Shown one piece after another: positions 58,922 through 64,000 of a stretch of 64,000 nucleotides of DNA (the first letter of the stretch is position 1; each line of letters begins with the position of its first letter). Under the pieces are notes generated by a model. The model searched no databases, was not told the DNA's origin, and saw only the letters and a list, made by a program, of their open reading frames with translations. The position numbers and the translations under genes are program-made. The stretch is from Nitrososphaerota archaeon (lineage in GTDB: Archaea > Thermoproteota > Nitrososphaeria_A > Caldarchaeales > Caldarchaeaceae), in contig JBEPYN010000003.1 of the NCBI GenBank assembly GCA_041641305.1, forward strand, positions 1-64,000, written 5' to 3'.

Positions 58922-60334
58922 ATGGTTGAACTCAGTCTCTACAGCTACGGGCCACGAACCTCGGTTAGTTTCGACTGTAGAATCATCGATGTCGACCCAG
59001 ACATTTTCATAGCTGTCGAGGGGGTTGGGACATTTGAGGGAGTTTCCGTCGAGAGGAAGATTCAGAGCCTCCTCTCGGCTGGCAAAGACCCTGCCAAGAC
59101 GGCTGCCAAAGTCCACAGAGAATCTACTCAGAGAGGCCATGCCTCAATCACAACCAGTCTCTCGCTTCAGCTTGAAGTGCGTGAATGTAGCCGCGCCCTC
59201 TCCATGCTGCTAGTCGCACCACCCTTCGGCTCATATCTGCAAGAATCACAGAGAAGAGCAATCGTAACACATTCATCAATCATAACACCACGGTTCACAT
59301 CAGAACATCACAGGAGATTGTTCGAGGAAACGGCACACCGCCTCGTCGACGGCTACAAACAGCTCACCGAAAACGGAGTAACACTCGAGGACGCGCGCTA
59401 CATCCTACCAATATGCACCAAAACATCGCTCTACATCAGCTGCACCCTCGAAACCTATGTAGCTTTTCTCCAGCTCGGCGATGAAGGGCTTAGACAATAT
59501 TTGCCCCAAGAGGTTCACGAGTTTGCTGAAAAATTCCATTCTCTGGCGAAAAATGTCGCCCCGATAATGGTTGAAGCACGTCTCACGGTTAAACATCGGT
59601 TAGTAACCTACCCCTATCCTAACCCATTCAAACCATCTGACCCGTTTTTCACGAAACTTCTTGAAGGGAGAGAACCTGATGAACCTTCGCTCCTCTCTCT
59701 GCAGAATCTCCTGACCGACAAGCTGCCTCAGGATGTTTTTGCTTCACGTTTGAAAGAAGTGGCTGACACAGTTAACCCGTTAATCAACGCCGTCACACTC
59801 GAGCCCCTCTCCCTCGTCGCATATCACCAAGCCATCAGACACCGCACCGTGCCAACAGCAGTCGAGTCAATATACACAGCAGCCGAAAGAGCTCTCAAGA
59901 ACCATGAGAAAAACATCATAATCCCGCCCGATGTCAAAACAAATCCACGAAACATGAAGCTTTTCGCAGAGCTATGCGGGGAGGCTCTCGAATGCTACGA
60001 TAGGCTTGTCAGGGACAGCTGCAGATTAGGCGACGCCGTCCTTATTCTTCCACAGGCTCTGAGGCTCTATGCCGTGAGAGCGTATAATGGATTCAATTTG
60101 CTGTATCCCTCCGGGTTCGTGGCAACGCGAACATGCAGCTACGCACAGTGGGAGGAACGGGGCATAGCCTACAAGATTCTCCACGAGGTTGTCAAGAAGG
60201 CTCCCGTGCTTGAGGCGATTATAGGTGAGAAGTGTCGACAGCTGGGTTACTGTCCTGAAAAGATGTGGTGTCCGATAATCCTAAAGTATCACAAATACTC
60301 TGATGAACTGCATCAGAGGATGCAGAGGTCTTGA
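58922..60334 (+). CDS. thyX: Tandem-domain flavin-dependent thymidylate synthase (ThyX-like)
   Basis: N-half GHASI, QESQRR, EDARYILP; C-half HQAIRHR, RTCSYAQWE, C..LGYCPE. Confidence 0.8.
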   Translation: MVELSLYSYGPRTSVSFDCRIIDVDPDIFIAVEGVGTFEGVSVERKIQSLLSAGKDPAKTAAKVHRESTQRGHASITTSLSLQLEVRECSRALSMLLVAPPFGSYLQESQRRAIVTHSSIITPRFTSEHHRRLFEETAHRLVDGYKQLTENGVTLEDARYILPICTKTSLYISCTLETYVAFLQLGDEGLRQYLPQEVHEFAEKFHSLAKNVAPIMVEARLTVKHRLVTYPYPNPFKPSDPFFTKLLEGREPDEPSLLSLQNLLTDKLPQDVFASRLKEVADTVNPLINAVTLEPLSLVAYHQAIRHRTVPTAVESIYTAAERALKNHEKNIIIPPDVKTNPRNMKLFAELCGEALECYDRLVRDSCRLGDAVLILPQALRLYAVRAYNGFNLLYPSGFVATRTCSYAQWEERGIAYKILHEVVKKAPVLEAIIGEKCRQLGYCPEKMWCPIILKYHKYSDELHQRMQRS

Positions 60335-60801
60335 GCAGAGAACGTTTGAAGAAAATTGAGATAAGCGGCCCCGGCATCAACTTCGACTACGCCCATTTTC
60401 TACCCAGCTCACCAAAGTGCAGCGTCCTACACGGCCACTCTTCAACAGTTTCCGTAACGGTAGTTGGCCGGGTGGTCGACGGCGTGGTTGTTGAGTTTGG
60501 CGAACTCAAAAAAGTGGTTAAGAAAGTCGTTGACGGGATGGACCATAAACTCATCGTATGCAGAAAATACCTTACACACTTGGAAGATGGTAAGGTCAAG
60601 GTTGCTTTCGACGGCATAGGGGGCCATTATGAATTCATACTTCCAATCAACTCGGTCTACGTCATAGAATCCGATTCAACGGTTGAGAACATTTCCGAAC
60701 ATATTGCGGTGAGGCTTAGGGAGTTGCTGCCTCCGAATGTCCAGAGAATACATGTCAGGATGAGTGAGGGATTCGGAAAATACGCCACCTCGTCGATATG
60801 A
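60331..60801 (+). CDS. queD: 6-carboxy-5,6,7,8-tetrahydropterin synthase
   Basis: FDYAHFL...CSVLHGH, EFGELK, MDHK, STVENI. Confidence 0.88.
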   Translation: MSRERLKKIEISGPGINFDYAHFLPSSPKCSVLHGHSSTVSVTVVGRVVDGVVVEFGELKKVVKKVVDGMDHKLIVCRKYLTHLEDGKVKVAFDGIGGHYEFILPINSVYVIESDSTVENISEHIAVRLRELLPPNVQRIHVRMSEGFGKYATSSI

Positions 60802-61448
60802 AGGTTGTGGCGCTTGTTTCCGGCGGCCTCGACTCCACAGTTATGCTGTGGAAGCTGCGCAGCGAGGGGCATTCTATTGTGCCCTTGACTTTGCTGACTT
60901 TTCGGAGAAACCCTAGGGAGATCGAGGCGGCCAAGAAAATCTCGGTAGTTGCGAGTGGCCGCGAGCCTATTGTGTATGACGTGAGCTTTCTCCGCGAGTT
61001 GTTTGACTATCCGCAGCACATCAAGGAGCGGGTGTTCCAACAGTTTCCCACCCTGCCCAACATCGTCATCCCCTATCGTAACATCATCTTCTACTCGGTC
61101 GCGGCGTACGTGGCTTGCCTCGAAGAGGCTGATGCAATAGCTGGTGGCCACACCCGCGAAGATGTAGAGCGCATACCCGACGTCGGAAAAGAGTTTTTCA
61201 CCGAGCTGGAGAACATCCTCAACAAGTACACACCGTTTCACAGGATCAAAATTTTGACACCCGTTGCCGGTCTCATGAAAGCTGAGATAATTAGGCTAGG
61301 CATTGAACTCGGTGCCCCGCTCCAGGAAACGTGGAGCTGTTGGTCAGTTTTTGAGAAACATTGCGGCAAATGCCCCGGCTGCGTATCGAGGAGGGAGGTT
61401 TTCAAATCCGTTGGGCTCGAGGACCGGACCGAGTATCTGGAGGGATAG
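60798..61448 (+). CDS. queC: 7-cyano-7-deazaguanine synthase
   Basis: SGGLDST, PYRNIIF, TWSC...HCGKCPGC..R. Confidence 0.88.
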   Translation: MKVVALVSGGLDSTVMLWKLRSEGHSIVPLTLLTFRRNPREIEAAKKISVVASGREPIVYDVSFLRELFDYPQHIKERVFQQFPTLPNIVIPYRNIIFYSVAAYVACLEEADAIAGGHTREDVERIPDVGKEFFTELENILNKYTPFHRIKILTPVAGLMKAEIIRLGIELGAPLQETWSCWSVFEKHCGKCPGCVSRREVFKSVGLEDRTEYLEG

Positions 61449-61483
61449 CGTTTTTAGCTACATTTTTTAGCCATGCCTGGGGG

Positions 61484-62287
61484 ATGGTGTCTCTAACTGT
61501 TGTTTACGCCGGTAAACGTTCTGAGGCTGTTGCCGCAGCCGAGAGGCTCAGAAAAATTCTTCCAAAACATTTTGACAATTGGAGGGTGTTCTCGTTATCG
61601 GAGTTTGAGGAATATGTTCAGGAGCCTGCTGGCGATGTTTTGATGATACTGGGGGGAGACGGCACCGTTCTCAGGGCGACGAGGCGCATAAGGTCCCCGA
61701 ATGTTAAAGTTGTAGGCGTAAATTTTGGTAGAGCAGGGTTCCTTTGCGTGGTTGAGCCCATGGAGCTGGAAAATGCCCTGGAAAAAATCGCATCAGAAGA
61801 TTATCACGTGGAAGAGATTATGAGGCTATCGCTCTATGTCGACGACAAATATGTCGGAGACTCGTTAAACGAAATCTACGTTTCCTCCACTAGGCCTGGG
61901 ACTGTGATAGAGTATCGCGTTCACCAGAATGAGCTGCTCGCTTCAGATGTTGCCGACGGAGTAATTTTATCGACGCCTGTGGGTTCGACGGCCTATGCCT
62001 TTTCCAGCGGGGGGCCGATAGTTGATGAGAGGCTGGAGACTGTTGTTGTCGTGCCAATGGCCTCTATGACAAACCTTAGATCTATGGTTCTCTCGATAGA
62101 CACACCCGTACGGGTTTCCGTTGTTAAGGGGCGTGCACAGGCTCTAATAGATGGACACACGGCCACACCTGTTGAGAAGGGGGAGGTTAGGGTTGAGAAG
62201 TCCCCCCGCAGCCTGTCCATGATATCCTTCGACCAGAGACGACTGTTTAGTAGAAGGCTGAGGAAAAGGCTGTATGGCAGGCCGTAG
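61484..62287 (+). CDS. nadK: NAD(+) kinase
   Basis: GGDGT, GRAGFL, LNE, DGVILSTPVGSTAYAFSSGGP. Confidence 0.93.
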   Translation: MVSLTVVYAGKRSEAVAAAERLRKILPKHFDNWRVFSLSEFEEYVQEPAGDVLMILGGDGTVLRATRRIRSPNVKVVGVNFGRAGFLCVVEPMELENALEKIASEDYHVEEIMRLSLYVDDKYVGDSLNEIYVSSTRPGTVIEYRVHQNELLASDVADGVILSTPVGSTAYAFSSGGPIVDERLETVVVVPMASMTNLRSMVLSIDTPVRVSVVKGRAQALIDGHTATPVEKGEVRVEKSPRSLSMISFDQRRLFSRRLRKRLYGRP

Positions 62288-62780
62288 AGTCTTCGTTCTC
62301 GACACAACGGCTCTTCTGTCGGCGCAGTTTGAGCCGGGGCCAGCTGAGCTTGTCACCGTGCAGGAGGCTGTGGACGAGGTTATGTATGGGGGGCTTGCTC
62401 CGCAGAGAGTTTTCACAGCCTTGTCCACCAAAGCAGTCAAACTCAAAAAACCCTCTCTCCAAGCCATTAAACACGTTGAAGAAACTGCGCGTAAAACAGG
62501 GGACTTGCCCAAACTCTCTAAAACCGATTTGGCTCTTCTTGCTCTCGCCTATGAGGAGAGTGCAGGCGGAGCAGAGGTGGTTGTCGTGACAGATGATTAC
62601 AGTCTTCAGAACACGGCGCTGAGGCTGGGTTTAGGTGTTTCGGGTGTGGGCCGTGAAACTGTTAGAGAGATGCGGGAATGGGTTTATCGTTGCTTGGTCT
62701 GCGGAAAGGTTTACACTCGGCCTGTGAACCGGTGCAGGTATTGCGGCGGCGAAGTGGAGCGAATTGTTAAGAAGCCTTAG
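62274..62780 (+). CDS. nob1: Nob1-family PIN endonuclease with Zn ribbon
   Basis: VLDTTA, TGDLPKLSKTDL, TDDYSLQN, CLVC...CRYCG. Confidence 0.9.
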   Translation: MAGRRVFVLDTTALLSAQFEPGPAELVTVQEAVDEVMYGGLAPQRVFTALSTKAVKLKKPSLQAIKHVEETARKTGDLPKLSKTDLALLALAYEESAGGAEVVVVTDDYSLQNTALRLGLGVSGVGRETVREMREWVYRCLVCGKVYTRPVNRCRYCGGEVERIVKKP

Positions 62781-63321
62781 CGACGAAGTAGCCCGATAGC
62801 AACAGGCCCCAGCTTAACACAGGGTACACAATCAGCCTCTCCATTCCCCCGTGTCCGAGACCAACGTAGTTACCCGATGCGAAGAGAACCAAAGCCGCGA
62901 GAGCCGTCAATCCACACACCAGCGAAATCACCCCCATCAAACGGTTGAACACCCTCAACCCATAGACGGCGGCGAGCCCCGCGAAGAAAAACGTGATGAA
63001 TGAAAAAACGGTGTGAAGAACCGGAATATTCTCTGGAAAGAGGCCGACCCCGAGAGCACCAATTCCAGCAACGGCCACCAGGGCTGCGAAAACCCGGCTA
63101 CCCACAACATCCAAACTTAGATAAGCCGCGGCAATCACACAGAGGCCCAGAAACGCAACAGACGTATTGAACACAGGCGCGGCAACACCCACGCCCAAAT
63201 CACTGATGTAGTTACCCGAAACGCTGTATCCAGGGTAGATCGACTCAGCAACTCGTAGGAAAAACAGAAACTGAGCCACTCCGGTAAAAAGAACGGCACC
63301 TGCAAAGGATGCCCTTCTCAT
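62767..63321 (-). CDS. DUF998 family membrane protein
   Basis: YPGYSVSGNYISDLG, GVGLFPE, LGHGGMERL. Confidence 0.8.
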   Translation of the reverse strand: MRRASFAGAVLFTGVAQFLFFLRVAESIYPGYSVSGNYISDLGVGVAAPVFNTSVAFLGLCVIAAAYLSLDVVGSRVFAALVAVAGIGALGVGLFPENIPVLHTVFSFITFFFAGLAAVYGLRVFNRLMGVISLVCGLTALAALVLFASGNYVGLGHGGMERLIVYPVLSWGLLLSGYFVAKAS

Positions 63322-63432
63322 GCTTCAAGTGTGAATCGTCAAAATATTTTTCTGTTTAGCGGTTGGGTAAGAGAGGTGTTCATCTTGTTGTTCTTAGAAT
63401 AGGCTTAAATACTATCTTGTGTTTTCCGCACC

Positions 63433-63966
63433 ATGAACCAAAGCACATTACGCTTATCCACAAAAGACATATCCATAATTGCTCTTTCCGCAGCCCTCTA
63501 CGTCATCATGGGCGCCGTCTCAGGGCTCGTTCTCCCCGCCGCACGCGGATATCCCGCCCACTTTTTCCGGGGCCTTACTATGAGCGCCGCCGGAGCCTAC
63601 ACAAGGCGGAAATGGAGCGTCACAGGTATGTCGGTCATAGCAGGGGCCTTGTTTATGGTTTTGGTTCCAGCCCCAGCGCCCTATCTACTCTTCTCCACAG
63701 TCGCGGCTGGGTTGCTCTATGACCTGAGCATGGGTAGAAGTTATTCTGAAGCTTGTAGAAAGCCGCGGAGAATCGCACTGGCCACCGTTGTAAGTGGGTT
63801 AGCTGAGGCCGTTGTGGCGCTTGGAATACTTACCTATGTCGGGTTGTTTGATGTCCAGCCCATCGTTCTCGCATTCATATGGATAGTGACGATAGCAGCT
63901 AACCTTGTCCTCAGCACCGCCGGTGCACAGGTAACCATAGCGCTTCTCCGGAGATACGGGAAATGA
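63433..63966 (+). CDS. Membrane protein, probable ECF transporter S-component
   Basis: LSTKDISIIALSAAL start typical of S-components; 5-6 TM; next ORF starts by ATGA overlap at 63963 and runs off the window. Confidence 0.55.
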   Translation: MNQSTLRLSTKDISIIALSAALYVIMGAVSGLVLPAARGYPAHFFRGLTMSAAGAYTRRKWSVTGMSVIAGALFMVLVPAPAPYLLFSTVAAGLLYDLSMGRSYSEACRKPRRIALATVVSGLAEAVVALGILTYVGLFDVQPIVLAFIWIVTIAANLVLSTAGAQVTIALLRRYGK

Positions 63967-64000
63967 GCCAGCCCGACCTACTCTTTCTCGCACGTTTAGG

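Noticed and set aside
60331-61448. queD/queC as a Dpd DNA-modification or QatC-type defence system
   Set aside because: No dpdA/tgt-like or defence genes nearby; housekeeping context fits archaeosine precursor synthesis
1-64000. CRISPR arrays, IS elements, rRNA
   Set aside because: No regularly spaced repeats, transposases or rRNA-like sequence seen

Overview
Gene-dense archaeal chromosomal segment. Gene content (aIF6, aIF2-beta, L31e, Nob1, CarS, DGGGP synthase, FBP aldolase/phosphatase, a histone, several F420 enzymes) and leaderless TATA promoters suggest a thermophilic TACK archaeon, most likely Aigarchaeota/Caldarchaeales (inference). From left to right: the tail of a molybdo-hydroxylase/amidohydrolase/F420-oxidoreductase cluster; thiolase-DUF35; a HAD-PINA fusion; a ~10.5 kb type IV pilus locus (three large pilin-like proteins, a near-pure Thr secreted protein, major pilin, TadC, an ATPase with an extra C-terminal domain, and a membrane-bound multi-Zn-finger TackOD1-like protein), with its prepilin peptidase 7 kb away; metabolic genes; SRP RNA; a 58-aa histone-fold gene missing from the ORF track; a MoxR/DUF58 operon; tRNA-Leu(CAG) and tRNA-Thr(CGT); a second, degenerate PINA coupled to nreA; two pseudogenes cut at one deletion junction beside tRNA-Thr; the rpl31e-aIF6-pfdA-ftsY cluster; class II HMG-CoA reductase; ahcY; and tandem-domain thyX-queD-queC. 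No CRISPR array, transposase or integrase was seen. The best candidate for an undescribed system is the pilus locus with its Thr-rich, beta-prone, apparently doubly anchored subunit. All calls come from motif recognition by eye; no database searches were run.
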